A stretch of DNA of 64,000 nucleotides from Podarcis liolepis. Taxonomy: Eukaryota. Every line of letters begins with the position of its first letter. Positions within the stretch are counted from its first letter, which is position 1. The notes beneath the pieces were generated by a model. It made no database searches. It saw only the letters and a list, made by a program, of their open reading frames with translations, and had not been told where the DNA came from. This document shows positions 40,222-53,086 of the stretch, piece by piece. Both the position numbers and the translations under genes were made by a program. The stretch is from assembly GCA_965112155.1 (NCBI GenBank), contig OZ218106.1. One strand, 5' to 3'.

Positions 40222-40442
40222 CAGTGGTAACTCGGGTTACATACGCTTCAGGTTACAGACTCCGCTAACCCAGAAATAGGTTAAGAACTTTGCTTCAGGA
40301 TGAGAACAGAAATTGTTTTCCTGCAGCGCGGCAGCAGCAGCAGGAGGCCCCATTAGCTAAAGTGGTGCTTCAGGTTAAGAACAGTTTCAGGTTAAGAACG
40401 GACCTCCAGAATGAATTAAGTACTTAACCTGAGGTACCACTG
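40222..40442 (+). mobile_element. Tigger/pogo-like MITE, family copy 2
   Basis: TA|CAGTGGTAACTCGGGTTA...TTAACCTGAGGTACCACTG|TA. Confidence 0.88.
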
Positions 40443-41738
40443 TATGTTGATGCCATTGCACTCAATTTAGCCTCTTTCAGACCTCCCCCTGCTAACAGTG
40501 AATGGGTGGAGGTGGCGGTAGAAGCCAGGATTGCATCTCCTGGCCCCGTCCAGACCCTTGTGTATTGAGCTGAAGGTCTGAAAGGGGGTGTCAGTGCACA
40601 TACACCTGTGAACCCATGCACTTCATGGGATTAGGAGCCCATCATGTGCACAGGTATATGTGCATGGGATCTCTTTTCAGCCTTCAGTTCTACATGCAGA
40701 GGACACCACCAAGTGCAGAACAAATGGTGCAACCCCACTTCTGCCTGCTCTATGCATTTTCACTGAATGTGTGGAATAAGATTTGGATGGCACATATGTG
40801 TTCATTGATTTGGGTAAAACAATTGTTCGCTGGAATAAAACTTTCAAGTTTTCATGCAAAAATAGGGCCAAAGTAGCAGCTGATCAGGGGATGAACGATA
40901 AACAAGGTAGGGTGATTGTGGATTTTTTGTCTTGCTCCAAAAGCACTACTTTCCTTCGCAGAATCAATACAGGGAAACATTTATTGCAGCTCTAGTATCA
41001 ACATAAATAATGTTCTAAAACTGAGAAGGTGCTCACTATACATCTCTTAGCAATCTCAAGTTATTTTTCTCCCTTTTGCCATCAGCTTCTTGCTATTTTT
41101 TTCACTTCTCTCACTCCTGAAATACCAACATGTTTTGCTGTTTGATGTTCAATTCTGCTATATTCCCAAGACAATTTTTTTTTTTTGCCTTAGGCAAGAG
41201 GTTCTTCTGGGCAAATTCAAAGAAAAAGCATAAAGCTATTTGTTACAAAATATGATGACTGGTTCCATTACTGCTTCCTATACTTCCCCAAATGTAAGTA
41301 GCAGCAATTGCCAAGCAATTAGAATGCCAATATATTAAATTCCAGCAACAGAGTTCAAATGCAGTATACCGTTACAATGTGAACTTGTTCTCTGAATTTC
41401 TTGGTTATTCAAATAAATATTACACACTCCATCTCAAAATGAGTCTCATTTCTCTAAATGTTTTGTAGCCCCCACTTTACCATTTGAAGTGCTGTACTTT
41501 AATATCATTTGTATTTTCTACACAGTTTGCATAGGGGCAGGGCTTCAGAGCTCTTCTCTGTCAGGCTTTGCTCCTGGATATAAGATGGCAGCCAAGGCCT
41601 ACTTCAGGTTTTCTGGAGAAAACAAATCTTGCCACAGATACACATACATAATTTATTTTTAAAACTTGCTTCTTTTTTCCTCAAAAATTACTCAAAATGG
41701 CTTACAATAACAAAATATACATACAATGAAACCCAACC

Positions 41739-42011
41739 TGTTATGTATTGAAGTTCTCACCCTGGCCACCAGGAGTATTGTGTATGTAGTTTTCACTCAG
41801 GTCCACGTCAGTTATTTTAGGCCGGAAACCCTGGGTTGTTGTTGCTACAATGTTGACAGCCGGCTGCCTATAAAAGCAGGCCGGCTGAGCTGTTTGCTGT
41901 TCAGTTCTGTGACAGCTTACAAATAAAGAGCTGCTTTGGAGAAATCGCTGTGTCGTCTGCTATGTCTACCCACTATTCAACACTGGCGACAAGGATGGGA
42001 TCGATGGACAA
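41739..42011 (+). mobile_element. Gypsy-type LTR with tRNA-Ser primer-binding site; internal region deleted
   Basis: TGTT...AACA LTR (41739-41982) with TATAAAA (41869) and AATAAA (41922). PBS TGGCGACAAGGATGGGAT (41984-42001) is complementary, with one mismatch, to the tRNA-Ser(GCU) 3' end. CAACC occurs at 41734-41738 and 42012-42016. Confidence 0.8.
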
Positions 42012-42684
42012 CAACCCAAAATGCTTATTAAAACCATTCCAAAATCAACAAAACCATCTTGTTTATGGCCATATCAAAATATATCTACTTCAGTGGGTTG
42101 TGTTTACTTTCTGAGTTCAATCCAATGTGCAGGTTTGATCTTGTTTGGGGCCCTGGGTATGCAAAGGACTACCCCGTACCCTTAAATCCAGGAGCAGTCC
42201 AAGCTATTTTGCTGCCTGAAGTGAAGGACAAGATGCATTGGTTTTAGAATGAATTGATTTTAGAATGTATTTCAATTAATTGATTGTGTTTTTATGTAAA
42301 CTGTGTTACTTTTATTGTTGTTAGCCTCTCTGAGCCCAGCTTCGGCTGGGGAGGGCAGGATATAAAGAAAATTTTAATTCCCCTTTCAGTGAACAAAATC
42401 TGACTAGACCGGTAGTTGATTTTTACACCAGCACTAGTGTCAGAACAGAGCCCTCCACCACACCCTTAGGGCAGCAAGCTATCTTATAGAGGCTGCAGGG
42501 CAGACCACATAGCACACATTTCTAGCCACTTTCTGCCCCTCAGAATGTGCCTCCTGAGGCAGCTGCCTCACTCTCCCTCATGGAAGGGCCAGCCCTACTT
42601 ATCTCTTTTTTAAAAAAGAGGTCCTCTGCATTCCACCATCATCTGAGTAACTGATGGGTAAAGGGACATGGCCTTGTCTGTAAC

Positions 42685-43275
42685 TGTGGGCAAATTCAGG
42701 GAGGCAGGAGAGGATATATTGTTTAATGATATCCTTCCTAACTTGCGTTAGCAAGTTCTATGTCTTAGCAGAGTTTAAACATTCCCCTTTAAACACAAAG
42801 TGGTTTGCTTCTTGCAGGTTCGTCCGAACCTCTCTCTATAAGATTCCTGGTAAGATCCCTTCTTGTCCCTCTTAAAAAGAATATACACGACAATCTTATT
42901 AAAGTCAATATAAAAGTAGTTTACTCACATTCATTCAGTTCACAGTTAGATCCCTGAAGGCAGACTTAGGTTACAAATATATATATACATGTGGAACTAT
43001 CCCATAAGGGAGTTAGTCCCAAGTGACTGCAGACAGGCAGTCACTTTTGCTCTCACATGGAGAAAAACAGAATGGAGAAGAGAAAGGAGCAAAAGAAGAT
43101 GGTGTGCTCCTCTTCCCCAGATTAGGCCACACCCAACATCTAGTTACATGGAGAGAGGAAGTCTGTCCCAGCTCAGGAAGAAACAGGAAGCTTTCTCCTG
43201 GCTGGTACAAAGCATCTCCTAGCATGTCCATTCTACAAACGCTGTACTTGACTGCTATGTGTTTCACATCCCACA
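42685..43275. mobile_element. Solo LTR
   Basis: TGTGGG...CCCACA inverted termini; near-perfect 5-bp TSD GTAAC (42680-42684) / GTATC (43276-43280). Confidence 0.65.
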
Positions 43276-43802
43276 GTATCTTGGACTGGAAACATTTTCC
43301 AGACTGGGGGCCCACAAGACCTCATGAACAACATTCCAGGGGCTTCATGCCAGTCGGTGGGTGGGCCTGAAGATGACAAATGGGTGAAACTTCTTTTCAG
43401 CAGACTATATTCTAGTCACACAGATGTAGAGGCTTTTTTCTTTCTTTCTTTCTTTTTACACATACATACCTCACATCACTCCATCATCCTTCCAGCTAAG
43501 CAAAAGGTATTATCAGGTTCCAAGGGGAAGGTGAAGAGCAGGGCCAGTGGGGAATGTGGCATGGGGAGAGTCGTGGAGGCTACACTGAGGGATGTGGAGA
43601 CTTTTGGCCCCTGCACCTGAAGTTCCCCTGCACTGCTGCTGTAACAGTTCCCAAGTTATGGGACATTTTAGTTACAGGATATCTAATGTTTTGTGCTCAT
43701 GTATGTTTCCCAGTGTGTATATATCATCTGGCTCAACTACATGCTGTAGTTTGGTTCGCCTCATTTTGTTGTGGAAGGGTTGCTTTCCTAAAGCATGAAA
43801 TA

Positions 43803-44045
43803 CAGTGGTACCTCGGGTTACATACTCTTCAGGTTACATACGCTTCAGGTTACAGACTCCACTAACCCAGAAATAGTGCTTCAGGTTAAGAACTTTGCTT
43901 CAGGATGAGAACAGAAATCGTGCTCCGGCAGCGCGGCGGCAGCAGGAGGCCCCATTAGCTAAAGTGGTGCTTCAGGTTAAGAACAGTTTCAAGGTTAAGA
44001 ATGGACCTCCAGAACGAATTAAGTACTTAACCTGAGGTACCACTG
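43803..44045 (+). mobile_element. Tigger/pogo-like MITE, family copy 3
   Basis: TA|CAGTGGTACCTCGGGTTA...TTAACCTGAGGTACCACTG|TA. Confidence 0.9.
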
Positions 44046-47000
44046 TAATTACTTTCTACCATAGCTGTAACTTATCCCAGTACACATATGCTTGGATGCC
44101 ATCTTCCCCTAGCTAAGTTGTGTATGCAGATCATAATTCTAGAATTACTTTACTTTTTTAAAAAAATAATGAATTTGGTCACCTTTAAACATCTAACTTA
44201 CTCTAATTAATTTCCTCCTCCAAGGCATTCACCGGCTGCTATTCCCTCTCCTCATGATGTTGGCTGCTGCTTTTTATTTTCCTTTCGAGAAGCATGCAAA
44301 TTCAGCACTCGTCAATGTATGCGAGTTGCTTAGTTTATTATTATTATTATTTTACTTTTCACCAGTGTGAAGTTCTTTAATTCATCCAAGTTAAATTTCC
44401 ATTACTGGTGTGTTGTTTGATTCCCACAGCGTTTAAATCCATTTGTAGTTTCTCAAAAACCCATTTTCTTTCATAAAGAAAATAAGAATGAATCAATCAA
44501 AATGCTTTGGTGTCATCAGGAATTTGTAAGAAGGGATTGAGTGACAATTATATGCCAATTATTCATATAATCTATTATATAATTAGGGAAGGAGGTACAA
44601 TGCATGCTAAACTCAGGATCATTTTGGAGCTTGCTTTCCCAAAAGCAGAGCAAAAGCTTCAAGGGAGCTTCAGGGATGCATAAAAACTTCCAGTGTATCT
44701 TTACTGCAACACAGCCTCTGTGCAAATGGGACGTCTTCCATGTTGCTGGGGATGAAAGTGGGTGGCATGCAATATTATGACAGTGATGTGCTGGAGGCAG
44801 CAGGGAAGTCGAAGGTATTTCTTCCATGGTAAGTAATGGGATTAAATGAAAAATGCTGCATTCAGGGGTGGGGTGGGACGGGCATACTTTCAAATTAGCT
44901 TTCTTAAGAGCATTGCAGTCTAACACTATTTGTCCTGATCTAGTGAGGGAGGTCTAGAAAAGGGAAAGCAGGCCCTGCCTTTCCCATCCATGCAAAAACA
45001 TGCTGCAGATGCGATAGGAGAGAAGCCTTAGACTTAGGCTGCATATACACACCATGCAATTGAAACACACACCCTAAAGAATCCTGGGAACTGTAGCTTG
45101 TTAAGGTGCTGTGAACTGTTGCTCTGTGAGGTCAACTACAGTTCCCAGGATTCTTTGGAGGAATTGTTTCAATTGTATGGTGTGTATACATGTGGTGTGT
45201 GTGTGTAGTAGTAGTAGTAGTAGTAGCCTCAGTATCCAGGGTTCTCCCTTCCCCTGGAAGTTTGTTGTTAGAGGAGAAAGTAGAAAGGAGCAGAGGAGAT
45301 CCTCTTGGACTGCTTGGTCAATAAGGACCAAGTGTGAAATGTTGGGAGAATTCAACTAGGCGAAGCAACCTGGTCAGCTCAGCAAACACGCAAATGTCAC
45401 CATTGCTGGAAGGTTGGCTTAGGAGGACAGGAAGTGGCGTGGTGGGGAGGCTGGAGTCAAATGGCTGGAGATGGAGGGGGCTGCTGCCACATCTTCCCAG
45501 TATCCAATGCCTGAAACAATCTCCCCACTCTGCCTAATGCTAGGACTGGCCCTGCTTCTGGTGAATATGGTTGCTCCCTGCTTGATGCTTAGATTTTAAA
45601 TATATATTTGTACTTGCGCACACCATCAACCCCATTCAAAAATGAGCAAACATATGTACAAGAGTCCTCATACTATTTTCTCCTTGTGTGAGCCACATAT
45701 ATTGTCAAGGGGGCCCACAGATTCCCTCTGAAGGCATGATTCCCTTTTGCCCTCTATCACTGGATGCCCATGGTGACAAGGCCTTCCAGAAAGTGGTGTC
45801 CTGATTGCGTATGACAGGATCAGGCAAAGACTGCTGCTGTTTGTAGCCTGTTGTGTAGCCTTTGCCGACAGGATATGGAAGCCAATAATTAAGCCTACAT
45901 ATGGTCGTTAATTAAACCTTGTTAACTAATTTGCCTTCTTAAAAATAAAACATGTCACTATTTGGACGGCATCACAAGTCGTATCTTTAAATCCTAAATT
46001 ATTTCTTTCACTTCAGCATTATGAGGTCAGGAACACGTGCTATTCAGTGTTTCCACGTGAGGTGAGAACAGGAAACACTTCGCAGGGCTACACCCTCAGT
46101 CTGCTCACTGTCACTCTGTATAAATGTGAACGATGCATATTGTTTGCTTTTGACAGATGATCTCCCAGGGAAAACCTGTCTGACTTCCAGGAATGCATCT
46201 CCTCTGATTCCAAATAATCATACTATGCATTTCAAATGTTGTGTCTGTTAATTATATCTGCATATTAATGAGACCTGGAGCTGTTCCCCTGATATACTTT
46301 GAAGAAGGCATAAAGACACAATGACTCAGGAAAAATTTTTGCTCTGATTTAGGATATGTTTGCACTAGATAGATGACTTGGTGAGTTCCTTGTGGAGGGT
46401 TTTGGGTTGGGTTGTTGTTGTTGTTGTTTTGCATGCTTTGTCGAGTAAATGCTGCTGTGATTGCTTGCCAGTGAAGTGAAAAAGTTCCACCATCACAGGA
46501 AATGCACAGTAGGAGAACTGATGCAGGTTTATTTGACAAAAGACCAATGGCCATTGAGGAACCCAACCCATCACAGTCCTAGAGATGACACAGATTTATA
46601 CAGAAGCATCACTTCGCCTTGGCTTTACACAGATGTAGAAATTAAGTCACGTTCACAGGAAGGTGCCTGATTCAGAGAGGCAAACAGGATATTGACTCTT
46701 ATCAGGCTGAGCATTTCCTGCACAAACATTCTTGACACATCCTTAATACTGTCTGGTAAGGGGAATTAGCAGACTCCCCTTACACCAGCCATATCCTTTG
46801 TTAGGGAAATAGCGTGTTGATTGACTATGATATTCCACATGCGGGCTTAATAATGAGAACAAATTGTTGGGAACAGGATTTCTTCATGCCTCCTTTTTAA
46901 AAGTATTGTATAGGTTTTTCTATGAAAAATACAGATTTTGATTAAATGGAAGAGAGAATATTGACTTTCAATTTGATGGTGGTGGTGCTTGATGGAAGCG

Positions 47001-48995
47001 GGGGGAAATGTACATGTCTGAGCAGCCATAGCGGAAAGGGTGCACAGCCTCAGTCCACCTATCTTCTTCCCACCTCACATTGCAGCCTGTACAGGCTAAT
47101 TTTGGCTTTAAAAAACAAAAACAAATAAACACACACAAATGGGGAAATCGCACCCATTAAGCATGGTTTCCTTATATGCTTATTTTTAGTTTAGTTTAGT
47201 TTCCTTTAGTTTTGAAATACCATCATTGGTTATCTTGAGACTTTCAGTACTTTATGGGAAGTATTTCGTTGCATACAAAAAAATTAGGGTTTTGCAAGTA
47301 CAGTGCATTAAAGCATTTTGCAGCAACAAATCTACTCTCTCTCTCTCTTTTTTTAAACTGGACCTACAGGGAAATACACTAAAATGAGTGGGATAAACAA
47401 TAGATTGATGGAAAGACGTATGACCTATGTGCAAGCAAATCAAGATGAATGCTCATTGTTGTATAATATCTCTGCAAACAAATATGAACAAATGCTCAGT
47501 AAACCGTGGACATCGTATAACCTCCTTGTAATCTTTGTGCAAGCAAACCAGGATGAAAGCTAAATGAACCAGTCTGGAGGAGTCCCTTTGTTTATTCACT
47601 TATTTCAAAGCATCTGGCAATGTTATTGTTATCAACCCTATGCATTCTAGTGTTACTGGAGTTCCTGCAAACAGAATCTTTGGGACAAATATCAGGTGCG
47701 TATGATATTTGAGAAGAAGCATGTGGGGGGCGGAGCTAGTCTGGACCAGGATTGTGATTCATATTGCTCAACTGCTTCTTCTTCTTTTTTTTGGGGGGGG
47801 GGAGTGGCATGTTAACATAAAGTGTACTTTGGTCCCAATAAAGACACAGGAGCCCTTCCAGAAAGAAAGTTGGCAACCCAACTCTTCAGGACATCAGTAG
47901 CATTTGGTTTAGTTTTAATTCTCTACAGGGGTGGGGAGCCTGTGGAACTCCAGATGTTGTTGGATTCCAGGTCTTACCATCCCTCACCATTGGCCATGCT
48001 GGCCAGGGCTGACGGGACAAAGTCCAGCAACATTTTGGGGGTCACAAGTTCTTTATCTCTCATGTAATGGTTGGTCTTGAAGATGAGTTCGACATTGTTG
48101 CCCTATACATGTGCACTCTGAAGGAAGTACAGTTGAGTTCAGTGGGGCTTCCTCTCACATAAGTATCTATCGGCTTGCAATCTTAACAAATAATGTTGGT
48201 TTTATTCTTGTATTTGGAAATCCATCCTGTAGAACAAAGTTAAATATGGTGGTTTCTCTCAAGCCATCATTAATGAGAGCACTGGAGTTTTCACATTAGA
48301 TAATGAAAAAGATAATGACTCTGCTTTTTGAGGGTAAAACAGTAGCATCACTAATTACGTTCTACTCTCCTCTTTTTAAGATTTCCAGGCTAAGTGCCAT
48401 ACAATGAAAGTGATTTAAAAGATAAGTCATCTGTCTATCCCAATATCCTCTGCCAAATCGCCCCCCCCGCCCTGCATGCAATGATTTGTGGTCCAAAAGA
48501 GAGGTATTTATAATCTTGAATGGTATAAAAGTAGCATTACGACGAATTGGGCTGTGAGAAACATATTTATTACTTGACCACGGAAATGCAGGGAACACAT
48601 TTACACTCTGAACTTTCTTGCCTGGGAGGGGAAAAATATCACCAGGAAAATTAGTTTTTCAGAGACCCTGAAAAATTAATGGCAGGTTAGCCTACACCAG
48701 TGAGTTATTCAGAAACAAGGCTAACATCTATCTCGAGAAATTGAACAAGCTGCACCATCTGGGAAGTGCAGGGGAAAGGGTAGTTTAAGAAAATCTACAG
48801 TTCACTGATTCACATGTAGAATATACAGGTTTATAAGGATGGATGACAAGCAGCTTTCTCTAAGCACATTGGCAGAATTGCAGCACTTTCAAAGGCAGTA
48901 TTTAGGGCCAAATCCTCATATTTTTATGTAGGCTGCATTTTGTTCATGGTCATGCCATGTTTCGGCTCAGGGGCAGCCTTCTACCTTTCAACTTA

Positions 48996-49290
48996 CCATA
49001 TTTTTCGTCCCATAGGACGCTCCGTTCCATAGGATGCACCTAGGGGTTTTTTTTGGGGGGGGGGGAATAAAGGGGAAAAAAATCCTTTATTTCCCCCTCC
49101 CCCCAAACCAGGTCGGGGAAACCAAACCAGGTCGGGGAACAGCGGTATGGCGGCGCTCCACCTCCCCGCTGTCCCCCGATCTTGTGGCTCCCTAGACTGC
49201 AGATAACAGCCTGCTGCCCGGCACGCGGGGCACCCTGAAGCAGAGCGCCCCAAGCGCGGGGCAGACATCTGCTTCGCATAAAAAATTACA
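48996..49290. mobile_element. Truncated Tc1/mariner (Tc2/pogo-like) non-autonomous element with GC-rich interior
   Basis: TA|CCATATTTTTCG terminus resembling that of 50726; CpG-rich body; no right TIR found. Confidence 0.5.
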
Positions 49291-50725
49291 GACACACACA
49301 CAGCTCCCATAGAAGTCAGGCACACAGCACACAGAGAGAGAGACTATAAAAGAGAAACTGGAAGTGAGAACTAATGGCTAGAACATAGGAAGCAAAGGGC
49401 AGGAGGAGAAACTTAACACTGCCCCTTGAATACCATTGGATGGTGATCAGTGTTTGAATGCAGAAAAAAAGGTAAAACACTACAAAATTATTAAAATGAA
49501 GTGATATAACAGACAAGGTAATAACACATTAATTATAGCAGAACACAGTTTGCCCTTATGCATGTTATAAACATTCCTTAACAATCCCTTAACGTTGTGA
49601 AACAACAGGTGTAGATGAGTCCACAGTATGGTACATACAGAAGTCCAATTCTCCACTGACCATCTCTACATTCATACTAGGAGTATGTCCCAAAGCCTAG
49701 CTGAAAGAAAATGGTCATGTTGTTGTTTAAACCAAAAAGTCAGTTTCACAAAATGTTTGTTCCCCCCCCCCCACCAATAAGTTTAATAACAAGGAAGCAA
49801 GCATCCTCTGGAAAACGCTGCACAAAACATTTTGAAGATGATCCTGGCACATCTGCAATGCACACACTTACGAAAGTTATGAATATTCATCTGGGAGACA
49901 TGTCACGTTTTCTATGTGCAAGATAATATAAGGTATTCTCTGCTCAGAAAATGTCATATGCTTCAAATGCAAAGGAAATATTTCAAGTTGTGCACCACAT
50001 AAGAAAAAAGCTTAACACTTTTTTCTCCCCCCCCTTCCCAGAATAAGTAGAGGGGGAGTTTTCTCTAAAATATTAATTATAGCTTAGTATGTGCCCTTGC
50101 AAAGCTCCATGTCAAAGATGCCCTGTATAAACATCACTCGTATTTACCTGATTTTTTTTAAAAAAAATTAATATGGGTTGAAATTCAGAGCTGGTCAAGG
50201 AAATAATTGACTTGTGGGCATTTGATGACCATGATGCTCAATGGTCTGTATGAAGTGAATTGCTGCTCTCACATCATTTCCCATAAACATTCCAGCTGGC
50301 ACAATACTACTGCCAAGAACTACTTAGGCAAAATGGAGCCTAGAGTGAGAACAACACTACCATGGCGAAATTGAGATAAAATTGGTATCAGGTTTGTTTT
50401 GGAACTGCCTAGTGTTTGTCAGTATTTCGTGTGGCCAGTATCTCCCCTTGCATGAGTACAAACATGATTTTATTAAGTTATATTTATGTTGCCAAGGTGA
50501 TGCTGCTGTATCACAAAGACAAATTATTCTGTACCAAATAGTGCTGGTGAGCCATTTTGTATTGTGGAGGTGGGGAGGAGGGATGTTCACAGATGCCCAA
50601 AGGCCTGCAGCTCTGGGCATTCAAAGACAAACTAGGTGTGCATGTGTGTGGAGGGGGAAAGAGAAATGGTCTGGATCTTAACACCTCTCCTGCCCCCTGT
50701 TTGTTCTGCTGAGTGGTGCCATATA

Positions 50726-51308
50726 CCGTATTTTTCCATGTATAACACAACCCCACGTTGTTGAGCTTCTTTTGTAAGTTCGCTGAGCTGTTGGGCAGCT
50801 TTTCCTCGACCTCCTACTCTGGCTGATGGAATTGGTGCCATAATACACCACATACTGGCACTCATCTAATATTCCTCCTAAGCTGGGAAGAGTGGGTAAG
50901 CAGCCTCCTCTCTGATATTTCCCTGCTACCGCCACCGCACCAGCCCTTGCTTACTTAGCATGTGAAGAAGAAGAAGAAGAAGAAGAAGGGGAGGAGTTTG
51001 GATTTGATATCCCACTTTATCACTACCCAAAGGAGTCTCAAAGCGGCTACCATTCTCCTTTCCCTTCCTCCCCCACAACAAACACTCTGTGAGGTGAGTG
51101 GGGCTGAGAGACTTCAGAGAAGTGTGACTAGCCCAAGGTCACCCAGCAGCTGCATGTGGAGAAGCGGAGACGCAAACCCGGTTCACCAGATTACAAGTCT
51201 ACCGCTCTTAACCACTACACCACACTGGCTCGTGTATAAGATGACCCTCAATTTATCTAAAAATAATAATAATCAGAAAAAGGTCGTCTTATACATGGGA
51301 AAATATGG
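50726..51308. mobile_element. Tc1/mariner (Tc2/pogo-like) MITE hosting a SINE
   Basis: TA|CCGTATTTTTCCATGTATAA...TTATACATGGGAAAATATGG|TA. Confidence 0.7.
50964..51231 (-). mobile_element. Squam3-type CORE SINE (young, full length)
   Basis: Minus strand starts GAGCCAGTGTGGTGTAGTGGTTAAGAGCGG (A-box), has the CORE 'gctgggtgaccttgggctagtcac', and ends in a (TTC)n tail at 50964-50988. Confidence 0.85.
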
Positions 51309-52531
51309 TACTTCTGCCCCCCAAGTCCTACCTTGATGTCACTCACTAATGCTATAAATACTTCATCCTATCCCTGTTTTTGTTCTATGTGTGGTCTCTA
51401 AACAAATGACAAGATAACACAAGCAATGTGCAGTTTTCCAGCAAGTTACTTCAGAAAATCAAAATAGTTAAGGCAACTATCTGCTTACTATATAAAAAAT
51501 GAAAAAACGTTGTACCTTGGGATGTCAACCAATTCACATTTCCTGATGGGAGAGACCCATTCTGCTGTATTATTAGCAAGGTGACCATTCTTCCCTGTCG
51601 ATCTCTGTAAGACATACTTAAGGGCTTAGTGTGATTTAAAGGGAAATTGGATTAGGCAAAGCATGAAAAATCAGAGGTTCTGAATAGCGCTAGAAGAGAA
51701 TGGTAGAGCAAAACAGGAACAAAAATGAGAAAAGGAAATAGGTTGAAGGCATTCCTAGTTTAGAACATCATTCACCCACAAAAAATACCACAGAAGGTCA
51801 GGGTCTGTACGATGATTTGATGTTTTTACAGTGCAATGTTTTCTTTACGTCTCATTTTTAACCTCTTCATATTTGATCAGGATAGTGGGATTTGCAGAAA
51901 GCATTCACATCTTATTGAACAAGAATTACTTGACAGACAGCTGGCTTCTTGCTGACTTGAATAGTCACACTTAATAGAAGACCTTGTTAATGACTAGTGG
52001 AGGGAATCACTTCTAGAAGCAGTTACCAGATCTACTGTGCTTGAAACACAAAGGACAGGGTGAGCAGCACAGGCTGGAGAACCAGGCATTTCTCAAGTTC
52101 AGCCTGAGTAATTATAGAGCAGCAAATATATAAGAAAGTGTGCCAGATCCTTTCTGAAAGAGAAGATTCCCTAATTTTTTGCATTTACATACAGCTTACA
52201 ACACAAGGTGGTTCACATAATGAAACAAATAAAAATAATGAAATGTGTATTTCACAATAACAGTTTATAACCCACTTGCACAGGGACCTCTTCAATTTAT
52301 TACTTGGAGTGCTTAGGAACTTTTATCAATAATAAATGATAACTGCTGCTTTTTTATGCATGAAATGCATATTCCATCAAGGTAGAACTTTTGTTTCTGA
52401 GACTTCTTATTTTCCCAGCACTCAAATTTATGCTGCTAGGATAATGAGATCTTGAGTGTTCCATCACTGTTCTACTGTTCCATCACTGCATGGAACTTGG
52501 GTGCAAGGGAGTCTCAGGCATCTATTATATA

Positions 52532-52555
52532 TTGTGTTGTGTTGTGTTGTGTTGT
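52532..52555. repeat. (TTGTG)n pentanucleotide microsatellite
   Basis: About 5 perfect units at the 5' junction of the L2. Confidence 0.85.
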
Positions 52556-53061
52556 ACTAGACTGGTGACTGGGAAAGGCTGTCGAGACCACATAACACCG
52601 GTCTTGAAAGACCTACATTGGCTCTGAGTACATTTCCAAGCACAATTCAAAGTGTTGGTGCGGACCTTTAAAGCCCTAAACGGCCTCGGCTCAGTATACC
52701 TGAAGGAGCATCTCTACTCCCATTGTTCTGCCCGGACACTGAGATCCAGCGCCGAGGGCCTTCTGGCGGTTCTCTCACTGTGAGAAGTGAAATGAAGTGA
52801 AGAACCAGGAAGAGGGCCTTCTCGGTAGTGGCGCTTGCCTTGTGGAACGCTCTCCCATCAGATGTCAAAGAAATAAACAACTATCTGATGTTCAGAAGAC
52901 ATCTGAAGGCAGCCCTGTTTAGGGAAGTTTTTAATGACTGATGTTTTAATGTATTTTTAATCTTTTGTTGAAAGCCGCCCAGAGTGGCTGAGGAAACCCA
53001 GCCAGATGGGCGGGGTATGTATGTTTGTATGAATGAATGAATGAATGAATAAATAAATAAA
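52556..53061 (+). mobile_element. L2 LINE 5'-truncated 3' end
   Basis: Translates as RLVTG...DHITPVLKDLHWL*VHFQAQFKVLV..FKALNGLG..YLKE...[42 protein letters not shown]; 3' UTR and (GAAT)n/(AAAT)n tail. Confidence 0.9.
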
Positions 53062-53086
53062 GTAAGTTGGATGGGGCTCTCTAGGT

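Noticed and set aside
44516-44926. 136-aa minus-strand ORF
   Set aside because: Non-ATG start, no homology and no exon signals; expected by chance.
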